From the NCBI GenBank assembly GCA_017517325.1, contig JAFWZW010000013.1, positions 23,497-87,496 of the forward strand: DNA of 64,000 bases. The letters are read 5' to 3'. The translations under genes were made by a program, and so were the position numbers. Source of the DNA: Clostridia bacterium (GTDB lineage: Bacteria; Bacillota; Clostridia; Oscillospirales; SIG627). Shown piece after piece: positions 19,641-29,508 of the stretch. Position 1 is the first letter of the stretch, and each line of letters opens with the position of its first letter. Under the pieces are notes generated by a model. The model had not been told where the DNA came from. It was given only the letters and a program-made list of their open reading frames with translations, and ran no database searches.

Positions 19641-20841
19641 AAATGGGGCGTTCTCTGCCGAGCCGCAGGAACAGAAAATAAGCGCCGCCCGAAAGCAGTT
19701 GACACACCGCCGCAACCAAAAGGGTACCGACGCCCCCCAAGGCTCCCAAAACGGGGGTTACCAGAGCGTTGGAAAGGGCAATGCCCGCGGTGTGCAAAAG
19801 CATTCTCCAGGAGGAGTATTGCCCCACGTATTCGTAATCCACGAATTTGGTTACGGCTACGGGCACCGCGTTGTTGATGACGTTTAAAAAGAAATTGGCG
19901 AAAAAGTACATTCCGTAAAAAAGGGAAAGGGAATGCCTTGCCAGCATAGCAGGCATAAAAGCCAGCAATGCAAGGGAAGAGAAAAGGATCATGGAGCTAT
20001 TGGAGATCCGTTTGGCAAGCACGGCGTAAACGAAGCAGCTCAGCACGTTTCCGACCTGCAGGAGGAGCGTGAGAATCGCACCGGAGGCAGGATTTGTGAT
20101 CCCTTCAATGTGACCGATGGTCATGGCAACGATAAGGATCCCCGCGCAAAAGCCACGCAGAAGATTGGGGAGGATCAAAAGGGTGAAGGGGCGGTAACGA
20201 AACAGATTTTTCTTTTCTTCTTTGCTCTTTGCTTTTTTCGTTTTGGGGAGGTTTTGCTCCACGGGGATATAGCTGAGGGTCAGGAAAAAGGAGACGAGCA
20301 GCATTGCCGTGCCGAAAACGAAGAAGCCCAGCATCGTGGGATAATAGGGAAAGCGGGCGGTGAAAAAGGACATTGCGGCGGAAACCACGATGCATCCAAC
20401 CCCCACCACTACGCCGATGAGCCCCGTCAGCTGTGCGTAGTTAGACATATCGATGATGTGATAGGGCACCTTATAGGTCAAAACGTTGAATACCGCCAGA
20501 AAAACGTTGGTAAGAATACCGCTTGCAAAAACCAGAAGGTATTTGGGCGTCAGGGGAACGTTTTGAAAAACGCAAAGAAAGATCAGGGATAAGAAGAGTA
20601 TGCTCTGGAGCACCATAGACCAGGCGTAAGCGCGGATCACGTTGCGGATCTTATCGATGATCATAGAAATCACCAAAATTACCGAGACCTGCAGGATCTG
20701 TACAAGAGAAAGATAAAGGGCAACTGCGTTTTCCGCAATGCCGCATTCCAGCATAAACCCCTGAATGACGGAGCCGGCGATCATCATATTGGCGGTGCTG
20801 TAGGACGTGGATTGAATAAAATACTTTCGATTGTTATTCAT
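19639..20841 (-). CDS. MFS transporter
   Basis: 400 aa, about 12 hydrophobic helices with a central charged loop (KTKKAKSKEEKK). Confidence 0.7.
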   Translation of the reverse strand: MNNNRKYFIQSTSYSTANMMIAGSVIQGFMLECGIAENAVALYLSLVQILQVSVILVISMIIDKIRNVIRAYAWSMVLQSILFLSLIFLCVFQNVPLTPKYLLVFASGILTNVFLAVFNVLTYKVPYHIIDMSNYAQLTGLIGVVVGVGCIVVSAAMSFFTARFPYYPTMLGFFVFGTAMLLVSFFLTLSYIPVEQNLPKTKKAKSKEEKKNLFRYRPFTLLILPNLLRGFCAGILIVAMTIGHIEGITNPASGAILTLLLQVGNVLSCFVYAVLAKRISNSSMILFSSLALLAFMPAMLARHSLSLFYGMYFFANFFLNVINNAVPVAVTKFVDYEYVGQYSSWRMLLHTAGIALSNALVTPVLGALGGVGTLLVAAVCQLLSGGAYFLFLRLGRERPI

Positions 20842-20849
20842 AAGGATTT

Positions 20850-21023
20850 CTATGAGATCAGTGTGTATTCAAACATTTCGTAATGAAGGCGGCTTCCCAC
20901 GTCTGCCCCCTGAGGAAGCAATGCAAGGGCAATGAAGATATCCTCCGTGCAGGTGCCGGAAAGATCCCGCAGAAAGGCGTATTCCCCTTCGATCCGTATT
21001 AATTCGTAATCCTTCGGTTCCAT
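20850..21023 (-). CDS. small DUF3006-like protein (57 aa, below the ORF-track cutoff)
   Basis: Manual translation: MEPKDYELIRIEGEYAFLRDLSGTCTEDIFIALALLPQGADVGSRLHYEMFEYTLIS. AAAGGAGAAAAAATG RBS. The IEG..A.L......LP.GA..G pattern matches DUF3006. Confidence 0.5.
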   Translation of the reverse strand: MEPKDYELIRIEGEYAFLRDLSGTCTEDIFIALALLPQGADVGSRLHYEMFEYTLIS

Positions 21024-21131
21024 TTTTTCTCCTTTAGAACAGAGAGGGCCTTGCCTCTCGGGTTTCTTCGGTCAATATATCACAAAGCCTCAAGACCGTC
21101 AACCGAAAGTGAGAAAGTTCTGCGAAAAAAG

Positions 21132-21160
21132 TTGAAATGTATCTCTTTTTTTGTTAAAAT
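21132..21160 (+). promoter_or_regulatory. sigma-A-type promoter
   Basis: TTGAAA (21132-21137), 17-nt spacer, TAAAAT (21155-21160). Confidence 0.5.
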
Positions 21161-21187
21161 AAAGAAAATCAAAAAGGAGGTTCCGCT

Positions 21188-21529
21188 ATGTCGCACTTGA
21201 TGGAACAGATCAAACACACGGTAGATGCTACCATCCCCGAAAAGGAAGAGCTGACCCACGGCATTCATCCTAAATTGGATTATGCCATGCTCATTCTTCG
21301 CAACCTTTTCGTGGCGGGGGCGGCCGTTCTTTTTCTTCTTTCGTTTTTTATCCACGGTGCTTACGACGCTTTAAAAGCGGCAGGCTATTTCTGCGGTGCC
21401 GCAGCTTACGTTTTCGAGCTACTCGCCCTGACGGATTGCTTTACCAAAAAGGTGCCCCATACGGAAATGTTTATGGTATATTGCTTTGGCCCCCTTTATT
21501 TTCTTTTAGGCTTTCATTACATCTTTTAA
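21188..21529 (+). CDS. hypothetical small membrane protein
   Basis: AGGAGG RBS 7 nt upstream. Three hydrophobic segments. No family recognised. Confidence 0.55.
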   Translation: MSHLMEQIKHTVDATIPEKEELTHGIHPKLDYAMLILRNLFVAGAAVLFLLSFFIHGAYDALKAAGYFCGAAAYVFELLALTDCFTKKVPHTEMFMVYCFGPLYFLLGFHYIF

Positions 21530-21541
21530 CGGTGAGTACTT

Positions 21542-22276
21542 ATGTTTGATGCAAAAAGAGTAACGCAGGAATGCGTGGAATGGATCCGCTCATTTTTTGA
21601 AGAAAACGGGAAAGGGTGCTGTGCCGTGGTGGGGATCTCAGGCGGCAAGGATAGCTCCGTTGCCGCGGCTCTTTGTGCCGAAGCCCTTGGAAAGGATCGG
21701 GTGGTAGGTGTTCTGATGCCCCGTGGCACCCAGCCTGATATTGATATGGCCTATCTTTTGGTGGATCACCTTGGGATCCGCCGTTACGAAGTGAATATCG
21801 CTTCCGCCGTAGATGCCGTGATTGCGGCAATGCCGCGGGAATTGGCACTTTCTCCCCAGACCCTTGTGAATCTGCCGCCCCGCATCCGTATGGCAACGCT
21901 GTACGCCGTCAGCCAGTCTCTGAACGGCAGAGTGGTCAACACCTGCAACCTTTCCGAGGATTGGGTTGGCTATTCCACTCGCTATGGTGATGCCGCAGGG
22001 GATTTTTCCCCCATGGCAAATCTCACCGTTACCGAGGTTAAAGAGATCGGCAGAGCTTTGGGGCTGCCCGACGTTCTGGTGGATAAACCACCCATTGACG
22101 GTCTCTGCGGCAAAACCGATGAAGAAAATTTAGGCTTTACCTACGCTGAGCTTGACGTCTATATCCGCACCGGCGTAATAGAGGATCCGGTAAAAAAAGA
22201 ATTGATCGATGGGAAGCATAAGGCCAATTTGTTCAAGTTGCAACCGATGCCTGCATTTCTTCCCAAATCCTTTTAG
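21542..22276 (+). CDS. nadE: ammonia-dependent NAD+ synthetase
   Basis: PP-loop GISGGKDSSVAAAL and the Y.T.YGD...DF.P pattern. Confidence 0.88.
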   Translation: MFDAKRVTQECVEWIRSFFEENGKGCCAVVGISGGKDSSVAAALCAEALGKDRVVGVLMPRGTQPDIDMAYLLVDHLGIRRYEVNIASAVDAVIAAMPRELALSPQTLVNLPPRIRMATLYAVSQSLNGRVVNTCNLSEDWVGYSTRYGDAAGDFSPMANLTVTEVKEIGRALGLPDVLVDKPPIDGLCGKTDEENLGFTYAELDVYIRTGVIEDPVKKELIDGKHKANLFKLQPMPAFLPKSF

Positions 22277-22287
22277 GAGGTGTGTTT

Positions 22288-23658
22288 ATGAAATGGGAGC
22301 GCGAGATCCCTTTGAAAGGTCGTTATGATTTAGTGGTCTGCGGCGGTGGCTTTGCAGGCTTTGCCGCCGCCTTTGCCGCCGCCCGCGAAGGAGTACGTAC
22401 CCTCCTGGTGGAACAGGGCTTCTGCCTGGGTGGCGTGGGAACCTCGGGTCTGGTCAATCATATCCTGGGAGTACGATTCCGCGAGGAAAATAAAGTTCGC
22501 ACTTGTGTCAAGGGGCTTTTTGCTCAGCTGGAAGAGGAATTGATCCGCGAAGGAGACGGGGTTGATTATCGAAGCGTTGCTCCGGATTTTAATCCCCACG
22601 GCTGGAAGCCCTCTCTTGGGGTAGGGCTGATTTTCGATAACGAAGCCATGAAGCTTCTTCTTGAGAAAAAGCTTACAGAGGTGGGTGTTGAGATCCTTTA
22701 CGGAACACGGCTGATCGACGTGGAAGGAGAACCGCAAAGAGCGGAAAGGGTATTGCTTCATAATAAGAACGGGCTCTTTTTCGTGGAAGCGGATCTTTTT
22801 GTTGATGCCACGGGAGATGGAGACCTTTGTGCTCTGGCGGGGCTCCCCTTCGATTTCGGTGATGAGGAAGGCGGTCTTTCCGCCGCCAGTCTTGAAATGC
22901 ACGTGGAAAACGTGGATTCCGATGCCCTTGGTGACTATATGCGCCAAACGGGCGATCTTCGCTTTGTGAAGATCATCTCGGAACTGAAAGAAAAAGGACT
23001 TTGGCCGTTCCCGTATGAGATCTTTATTTCCGTTCTTTTAACGGCACCGGGGGTATATATGATCAATACCATTCGTCAGGTGGGGATCGACGGGATCGAC
23101 GCCGCCTCCCTTACCCAAGGAGTTTTGGATGGCAGAAGGGAAAACTACGAGCTTCTTTCCGTAATGCGAGCGCATTTTCCCGGTTTTCAAAATGCACGGA
23201 TCCGTCAGATCGCACCTACCATCGGTATCCGTGAAACCCGGCGCATCCGCACGGTGGAGACCTTGAAGATCATCCATCTGGTAGAGGCGGCTTCCTTTGA
23301 GGACAGCATCGCCCTTTCCGGTTATTCCTGGGATATGCCCCATCCCAAAAAACCAAGCCATCAGCCCTATCACGGGGTCAAGAGAAAAAGCCGCATCGCC
23401 GAGATCCCTTACCGCTCGCTTCTCCCGCAGGGGGCGGAAAACGTTCTGGTGGTTGGCAGATGCATCGGTGCGGAGCGGGAAGCTCTGGGAGCCGTCAGAG
23501 TCATGGGCCCGTGCATTGCTATGGGGGAGGCGGCAGGCATTGCCGCGCACCTTGCCTTGAAGGAAGGCGTGGGCTTCCCCGAAATTTCTGCCACCGAGCT
23601 AAAAAGAATGATCGAAGCCCGCGGGGGCCTTACTTCCCGCAGTCAGGTATCGGAATAA
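22288..23658 (+). CDS. FAD-dependent oxidoreductase (FAD_oxidored/GIDA-like family)
   Basis: YDLVVCGGGFAGFAAAFAAAREG dinucleotide-binding motif. AGGAGG RBS before ATG 22288. Confidence 0.7.
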   Translation: MKWEREIPLKGRYDLVVCGGGFAGFAAAFAAAREGVRTLLVEQGFCLGGVGTSGLVNHILGVRFREENKVRTCVKGLFAQLEEELIREGDGVDYRSVAPDFNPHGWKPSLGVGLIFDNEAMKLLLEKKLTEVGVEILYGTRLIDVEGEPQRAERVLLHNKNGLFFVEADLFVDATGDGDLCALAGLPFDFGDEEGGLSAASLEMHVENVDSDALGDYMRQTGDLRFVKIISELKEKGLWPFPYEIFISVLLTAPGVYMINTIRQVGIDGIDAASLTQGVLDGRRENYELLSVMRAHFPGFQNARIRQIAPTIGIRETRRIRTVETLKIIHLVEAASFEDSIALSGYSWDMPHPKKPSHQPYHGVKRKSRIAEIPYRSLLPQGAENVLVVGRCIGAEREALGAVRVMGPCIAMGEAAGIAAHLALKEGVGFPEISATELKRMIEARGGLTSRSQVSE

Positions 23659-23666
23659 ATCAAAAG

Positions 23667-23693
23667 GGAGGCACTGCGGTGTCCTCCTTTTTT
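23667..23693 (+). terminator. rho-independent terminator
   Basis: GGAGGCAC / GTG(T)CCTCC stem with a TGCG loop, followed by T6. Confidence 0.6.
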
Positions 23694-23812
23694 GACGGAA
23701 AAAAACGAAAAAAGCTCTGCATTCAGCGCCTTTTTAGAACCTTTGTGCAATGTAGACAAAAAATGCGGAGAAATTTCTGTTTTTTTGCTTGTTACGTGGA
23801 GAAAAAGAAATA

Positions 23813-23841
23813 TTGAAATTATTTAATGAATAGTTTATAAT
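23813..23841 (+). promoter_or_regulatory. sigma-A-type promoter of the EF-G-like gene
   Basis: TTGAAA (23813-23818), 17-nt spacer, TATAAT (23836-23841). Confidence 0.55.
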
Positions 23842-23951
23842 TAAATTGTTAACGGAATTTTGGGATATCCGGGATTCCTTATCTTTTTACCTTGCGTAAA
23901 AATACTATAGTTTCAAGCTCCGGCAAAGGTCGGGGCAAAGGAGGAAAAACC

Positions 23952-26009
23952 ATGGCAAGCATTGATATGAAACGAATCCGTAACCTTGTTCTGATGGGGC
24001 ATTCCGGCTCCGGTAAGACTTCTCTGGCAGAGGCAATGCTCTACCTCTCCGGCGGAAGTGACCGCTTTGGTAAGGTGCCCGAAGGTAACACGGTTTTTGA
24101 TTTCGATCCTGAATCCATCCGCAGAAAGATCTCCGTTGCATCCTCTCAGGCACCCGTAATGTGGAAGGATATTAAGATCAACGTGATCGATACTCCCGGT
24201 TATCCCGGCTTTACCGGTGAGATTTCTCAGGCGGTACGTGTGGCAGACAGCGCCATTATCGTGGTGGATGCCCGCTCCGGTATTCAGGTGGGGACCGAGC
24301 TTGCTTGGGATAAGGCAACGGAAGCAGGTCTTCCCAAAGCGATCTTTATCAATAAATTCGATGATAACGAGGCACGCTTTGCCAAGCTTCTCAACGCCCT
24401 TCACGAGCAGTTCGGCCGTGCCATCTGCCCCGTTACCATTCCTATGGTGCGCGACGGCGAGGTGCGCGGCGCCATTGACCTGATCGCGCAGGAAGCCCAC
24501 AGCTTCGACGATAGGGGTACCCACTCCGTTCTTCCCATTCCCGAAGAAAATATGGAAGCGGTGGAAGAATTCCGCGAAATGCTGTTGGAAGCCGTTGCAG
24601 GCACCAGTGAGGATCTGATGAACAAGTACTTCGGCGGAGAAGAGATCAGCTATATGGAGATCTGCAACGCAGTGCACGAGGGTATCATCCACGGAGATAT
24701 CGTACCCTGTTTCTGCGGCTGTGCCACCAAGCTCTGGGGCGTATGGACCCTTCTTAACTCTATCTCCGAATCCTTCCCCCGCCACAGCGCAAAGGGGAGC
24801 GAGGTTTCTATCGAGGGTCAGGAAGTTGAGATCGTGCCCGAAGGCGCTCCCGCCATCTTCATTTATAAGACCATTGCTGATCCCTTCGTGGGCAAAATGA
24901 GCTTCTTTAAGGTTATGAACGGCACCGTCAAGGGCGACCTGACACTGAAGAACGTGCGCACCGGCGGTACCGAAAAGCTGGGTAAGATCTATACCGTCAA
25001 GGGCAAGACACAAACGGAAGTGGCCGAGCTCTTCTGCGGTGATATCGGCATGGTATCCAAGCTTTCCGCCGCCACCGGCGATACGCTCAGCTGGACCGGT
25101 GAGGTGGCGTATGCCCCTGTGGTTTACCCCGAGCCCTTCTACGTAAAATCTCTTGCTCCCAAGGCAAAGGGGGACGAAGATAAAATCTCTACTGCCGTTT
25201 CCAAGCTGCTGGAAGAGGATATGACTTTAAAATATGAAGTAAATCCCGAAACCGCGCAGATGCTCCTTTCCGGCTTGGGTGGTACCCATCTTGAAAATAC
25301 CCTTGCCAAAATGAAGGCGCGCTACGGTGTTGAGGTAGTGCTGGGCGAAAAGAAGATCGCTTACCGCGAAACCATCCGCAAATCCTGCAAGGTGGAAGGT
25401 AAGCATAAGAAGCAGTCCGGCGGTCACGGCCAGTACGGTCACGTTAAGATCGAATTCTCTCCCGGTGAGGGCGAAGGCCTGACCTTTACCGAGTCCATCT
25501 TCGGTGGCTCCGTTCCCAAGAACTTCCACCCCGCAGTGGAAAAAGGTCTTCAGGAATGCATGGCAAAGGGTGTTTTGGCAGGCTTCCCCGTTGTGGGCCT
25601 TGCCGCCAACCTTTACGATGGCTCCTATCACGACGTAGACTCCTCCGAAATGTCCTTTAAAATGGCGGCGGGCATTGCCTTCCGTGAAGGTCTGCCCCAG
25701 TGCGCTCCCGTTATTCTGGAGCCCGTGGGCAAGCTTCGTGTATTTACTCCCGATAACCAGATGGGTGACGTCATCGGTGATCTGAATAAGCGCCGCGGCA
25801 GAATTATGGGTATGGAGCAGGATGAAAAGAAACGCGGCTGGAGCATCGTGGAAGCAGAAGTGCCCGAAGCCGAAATGGGTGACTACGTTCACGCTCTCCG
25901 TGCCATCTCTCAGGGCAGAGCCAGCTTCACCTACTACTACGATCATTACGAAGAAGCACCTGCAAACGTTGCGGAAAAGATCATTGCCGCAAGCAAAGAA
26001 GCAAAATAA
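23952..26009 (+). CDS. elongation factor G-family GTPase (paralog type, not in a str operon)
   Basis: Full five-domain EF-G length. G motifs are GHSGSGKT / DTPGYPGF / NKFD rather than the canonical AHIDAGKT / DTPGHVDF / NKMD. AGGAGG RBS before ATG 23952. Confidence 0.8.
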   Translation: MASIDMKRIRNLVLMGHSGSGKTSLAEAMLYLSGGSDRFGKVPEGNTVFDFDPESIRRKISVASSQAPVMWKDIKINVIDTPGYPGFTGEISQAVRVADSAIIVVDARSGIQVGTELAWDKATEAGLPKAIFINKFDDNEARFAKLLNALHEQFGRAICPVTIPMVRDGEVRGAIDLIAQEAHSFDDRGTHSVLPIPEENMEAVEEFREMLLEAVAGTSEDLMNKYFGGEEISYMEICNAVHEGIIHGDIVPCFCGCATKLWGVWTLLNSISESFPRHSAKGSEVSIEGQEVEIVPEGAPAIFIYKTIADPFVGKMSFFKVMNGTVKGDLTLKNVRTGGTEKLGKIYTVKGKTQTEVAELFCGDIGMVSKLSAATGDTLSWTGEVAYAPVVYPEPFYVKSLAPKAKGDEDKISTAVSKLLEEDMTLKYEVNPETAQMLLSGLGGTHLENTLAKMKARYGVEVVLGEKKIAYRETIRKSCKVEGKHKKQSGGHGQYGHVKIEFSPGEGEGLTFTESIFGGSVPKNFHPAVEKGLQECMAKGVLAGFPVVGLAANLYDGSYHDVDSSEMSFKMAAGIAFREGLPQCAPVILEPVGKLRVFTPDNQMGDVIGDLNKRRGRIMGMEQDEKKRGWSIVEAEVPEAEMGDYVHALRAISQGRASFTYYYDHYEEAPANVAEKIIAASKEAK

Positions 26010-26011
26010 CA

Positions 26012-26040
26012 AATTGAAAGAAAACACACTGCCACATGCA
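26012..26040 (+). terminator. rho-independent terminator
   Basis: AAAACACACTGC / GCAGTGTGTTTT, a 12-bp stem. Confidence 0.7.
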
Positions 26041-26048
26041 GTGTGTTT

Positions 26049-26077
26049 TCCTGCTTCTTGCCAAGACGGCGTTTTTG
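26049..26077 (+). promoter_or_regulatory. sigma-A-type promoter of pepD
   Basis: TTGCCA (26049-26054), 17-nt spacer, TGn-TACAAT (26069-26077). Confidence 0.5.
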
Positions 26078-26118
26078 TGTTACAATGTGGGAAGTTTAGA
26101 TTTCCAACGGAGGGAAAA

Positions 26119-27537
26119 ATGAAAAGAGTATTGGAATTATTCGAAGCCTTGTGTGCCATTCCCCACGGTTCCGGCAATATGGAGGGCATTTCTGCCTGGT
26201 GCGTGGATTTTGCCCAAAAGCGTGGGCTTGAGGCTGCTCGGGATGAAGCACGAAACGTTATCATCAAAAAAAAGGCCACCCCCGGCTATGAGAATGCCCC
26301 CACCGTGATGCTACAGGGCCATCTTGATATGGTGTGTCAAAAGGTAGAGGAAAGCCCCGTTGATTTTGAAAAGGATGGGATCAAAACCTTTGTTAAAGGG
26401 GATTACCTGAAAGCAGAGGGCACCACCCTCGGCGCGGATAACGGCATTGCCGTGGCAATGGTCCTTGCTATTTTAGAGCGGGAGGATCTTTCTCACCCTG
26501 CCTTGGAGGCTGTCTTTACTACCGATGAGGAGATCGGTATGCTGGGCGCGCTGGAATTGGATATGAGCCTTTTAAAGGCGGAGAAAATGATCAATCTGGA
26601 TTCCGAAGAGGATGACGTGGTCACCGTTTCTTGCGCAGGCGGAAGTGATTTCGTAATGAGCGTACCCTTTGAAAGAAAGGAAGAGAAGGGAACTCACCTT
26701 TTCGTCACCTTCAAGGGGCTTCAAGGGGGACATTCAGGCGTTGAGATCCACAAGGGGAGAGTCAACGCAGATCTTCTGGCAGGCCGCTTCTTACAGCATA
26801 TGAAGGCTTCCGTTCCCTTTTCCTTACTGTCGGTGAACGGAGGAGATAAATCCAACGCCATTCCTCGCTATGCCAAAATGGAGATCGTGACCTCTGATCC
26901 CGTTGCTTTTCTGAAGGAAGCGGCTTCTTATCTTGAAACGGTGAAGCACGAGCTTGCTGCCCGTGAGCCCGGCTTCGTTTCGGTTTTGGAAACGGAAGGG
27001 GAGGGAAGCTTTGCCGTTATGGAAAAAAGTGCCGCCGACCGCGTTATTGCCGCCCTGTGTACCGCTCCCAACGGGGTGGTGAATATGAGTGCGGATATAC
27101 CCGGTCTGGTGGAGACCTCCTTGAATTTGGGCATCCTTGAGACGAAGGAGGATGCGGTGAGTCTGCATTTTGCCCTTCGGAGTAATTTTACCTCAGGGCT
27201 CGTGGCGCTGGAGGAAAAACTCTTTGCCTTTGCCTCGCTACTTTCCTGCAAAGCTTCAACCGGCGGGCACTACCCCCCTTGGGAATACCGTGCCGACTCT
27301 CGTCTCCGTGATCTGTATACCCGTCTTTATGAGGAAAAAACGGGGAAAAAAGCAAAAGTGGAAGCCATTCACGCAGGACTTGAGTGCGGTGTCTTCGCCG
27401 CCGGCATTCCAAATCTTGATTGCATTGCCATCGGCCCCACTTTGTTTGACGTGCATACCACGGAAGAAAAAATGAGCATCTCCTCTGCTGAGAAGATCTA
27501 CGGCCTTTTAACAGCACTGTTGAAGGAATGTCGATAG
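26119..27537 (+). CDS. pepD: aminoacyl-histidine (Xaa-His) dipeptidase, M20 family
   Basis: FEALCAIPHGSGN..VMLQGHLDMV..GADNGIAVA..FTTDEEIGM..NLDSEE. The ORF-track start at 25822 overlaps the EF-G gene. ATG 26119 follows GGAGGGA. Confidence 0.85.
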   Translation: MKRVLELFEALCAIPHGSGNMEGISAWCVDFAQKRGLEAARDEARNVIIKKKATPGYENAPTVMLQGHLDMVCQKVEESPVDFEKDGIKTFVKGDYLKAEGTTLGADNGIAVAMVLAILEREDLSHPALEAVFTTDEEIGMLGALELDMSLLKAEKMINLDSEEDDVVTVSCAGGSDFVMSVPFERKEEKGTHLFVTFKGLQGGHSGVEIHKGRVNADLLAGRFLQHMKASVPFSLLSVNGGDKSNAIPRYAKMEIVTSDPVAFLKEAASYLETVKHELAAREPGFVSVLETEGEGSFAVMEKSAADRVIAALCTAPNGVVNMSADIPGLVETSLNLGILETKEDAVSLHFALRSNFTSGLVALEEKLFAFASLLSCKASTGGHYPPWEYRADSRLRDLYTRLYEEKTGKKAKVEAIHAGLECGVFAAGIPNLDCIAIGPTLFDVHTTEEKMSISSAEKIYGLLTALLKECR

Positions 27538-27540
27538 AGG

Positions 27541-27569
27541 TTGCATTTTTTCAAGAAATGTGATATAAT
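27541..27569 (+). promoter_or_regulatory. sigma-A-type promoter of the OPT operon
   Basis: TTGCAT (27541-27546), 17-nt spacer, TGn-TATAAT (27561-27569). Confidence 0.55.
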
Positions 27570-27599
27570 GTTTGAAATTTTGACAATAAAGGAGCTATT

Positions 27600-29507
27600 A
27601 TGGATCAGAAAAACGAATTTAAGCCGTATGTTCCTGCAGAGAAGATCACCCCTGAAATTACCGTAACCTCCGTGATTATGGGTGTTCTTCTTGCCGTGGT
27701 ATTCGGCGCCGCCAACGCCTATCTGGGGCTGCGCGTGGGTATGACCGTTTCGGCCTCCATTCCCGCCGCCGTTATTGCTATGGGCGTGATCCGCATCATT
27801 ATGCGGAAAAATTCCATTTTGGAAAGCAATTTTGTACAGACCACCGGTTCCGCAGGCGAAAGTCTTGCGGCAGGTGCCATCTTCACCCTTCCCGCTCTGT
27901 TTCTTTGGGCAAAGGAAGGTCTGATGGAGAAGCCCGGTATTTTAGAGATCACCGTCATTGCCTTGATCGGCGGCCTTTTAGGCGTCTTCTTTATGATCCC
28001 TCTTCGCAACGCCCTGATCGTAAAGGAGCACGGGACTCTTCCTTACCCCGAAGGAACTGCTTGTGCAGAGGTTCTTCTGGCAGGGGAGGAGGGCGGAGCC
28101 AATGCCTCCACCGTCTTTGCGGGTATGGGCTTTGCCGCACTCTTTAAGTTCATCATTGACGGCCTGAAGCTGGTTGCAGGTGAGATCACCTTCGCCGTAA
28201 AGGGCTTTGCAGGTGCCATCGGTACCCAGATCTACCCCGCTGTTATGAGCGTTGGCTACATTTGCGGAGCCCGCATTTCTTCTTATATGTTTGCGGGCGG
28301 TGTTTTGAGCTGGCTTGTTTTGATCCCCCTCATCGTTCTGTTCGGTGAAAATGCCGTTCTTTACCCCGGAACGGAAACCATCGGTGCCATCTTTGAAGCA
28401 AACGGTGCCGCGGGCATTTGGTCTACCTACATCCGTTACATCGGTGCAGGTGCTCTTGCCGCAGGCGGTATTATCAGCCTCATCAAATCACTTCCCCTGA
28501 TCGTGAAGACCTTTGCAGGTGCTATGAAGAGCATCGCAGGCTCCGGCAGTGCGGGTAATAAGAGAACCGATGCCGATATCAATTTAAAGATCGTTCTCAT
28601 CGCTATTTTGATCCTCACCCTCCTGGTCTGGCTGGTTCCCGCCATTCCCGTATCCCTTGTGGGTGCGTTCATCGTGGTGATCTTTGGTTTCTTCTTCGCA
28701 ACCGTATCCTCCCGTATGGTAGGTCTCGTGGGAAGCAGTAACAACCCCGTTTCCGGTATGGCCATCGCCACCCTTCTCATTGCAACCCTGGTTTTGAAGC
28801 TTACCGGTATGGCCGGGGCAGTTGGTATGCAAAGCGCTATTGCCATCGGCTCCATTATCTGTATCGTTGCCGCCATTGCGGGTGATACCTCCCAAGACCT
28901 GAAAACCGGCTACCTTTTGGGTGCAACCCCCAAAAAGCAGCAGATCGGTGAGGTTCTCGGTGTGGTAGCATCTGCCTTTGCCATTGGTGGAACGCTTTAC
29001 CTTTTGGATATGGCTTGGGGCTTCGGCTCCGATCAGCTGGGTGCGCCTCAGGCAACCTTGATGAAGCTGATCGTGGAAGGCGTTATGGGCGGTAACCTCC
29101 CTTGGGGGCTGGTGTTCATCGGTGTGTTCATCGCCATTGTGGTGGAAGTCATCGGCATTCCCGTTCTTCCCTTTGCCATCGGCGTATATCTCCCCGTTCA
29201 GCTCAATGCCTGCATTATGGTAGGCGGCCTGATTCGCCTTGCCCTGGATAAGATGAAAAAGCCCGAGGAAGAGAAGAAGGCCATTGTGAACGACGGCATC
29301 CTCTTCTGTTCCGGTATGATCGCGGGCGAAGGCCTCGTGGGGATTCTCCTTGCGCTCTTTGCCGTATTTGGGTTGGATACCGTTGTGGATCTTTCCGCAA
29401 AGCTTGGCATTTCTCCCGTGGTTGCCAATGTGGGTGGCATCACACTCTTTGCTGTGATCGTTCTTACCGTGCTGAAATTCTCCCTTTGGAAAAAGCGCAA
29501 AAAGTAA
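27600..29507 (+). CDS. OPT-family oligopeptide transporter
   Basis: 635 aa, polytopic. ITVTSVIMGVLLAVVFGAANAYLGLRVGMTVSASIPAAV is a typical OPT N-terminus. Confidence 0.8.
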   Translation: MDQKNEFKPYVPAEKITPEITVTSVIMGVLLAVVFGAANAYLGLRVGMTVSASIPAAVIAMGVIRIIMRKNSILESNFVQTTGSAGESLAAGAIFTLPALFLWAKEGLMEKPGILEITVIALIGGLLGVFFMIPLRNALIVKEHGTLPYPEGTACAEVLLAGEEGGANASTVFAGMGFAALFKFIIDGLKLVAGEITFAVKGFAGAIGTQIYPAVMSVGYICGARISSYMFAGGVLSWLVLIPLIVLFGENAVLYPGTETIGAIFEANGAAGIWSTYIRYIGAGALAAGGIISLIKSLPLIVKTFAGAMKSIAGSGSAGNKRTDADINLKIVLIAILILTLLVWLVPAIPVSLVGAFIVVIFGFFFATVSSRMVGLVGSSNNPVSGMAIATLLIATLVLKLTGMAGAVGMQSAIAIGSIICIVAAIAGDTSQDLKTGYLLGATPKKQQIGEVLGVVASAFAIGGTLYLLDMAWGFGSDQLGAPQATLMKLIVEGVMGGNLPWGLVFIGVFIAIVVEVIGIPVLPFAIGVYLPVQLNACIMVGGLIRLALDKMKKPEEEKKAIVNDGILFCSGMIAGEGLVGILLALFAVFGLDTVVDLSAKLGISPVVANVGGITLFAVIVLTVLKFSLWKKRKK

Positions 29508-29508
29508 A

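Noticed and set aside
25822-26118. N-terminal 99-codon extension of the pepD ORF given in the ORF track
   Set aside because: The extension overlaps the EF-G coding end, its terminator and the pepD promoter. The M20 homology begins at ATG 26119, which has its own RBS.
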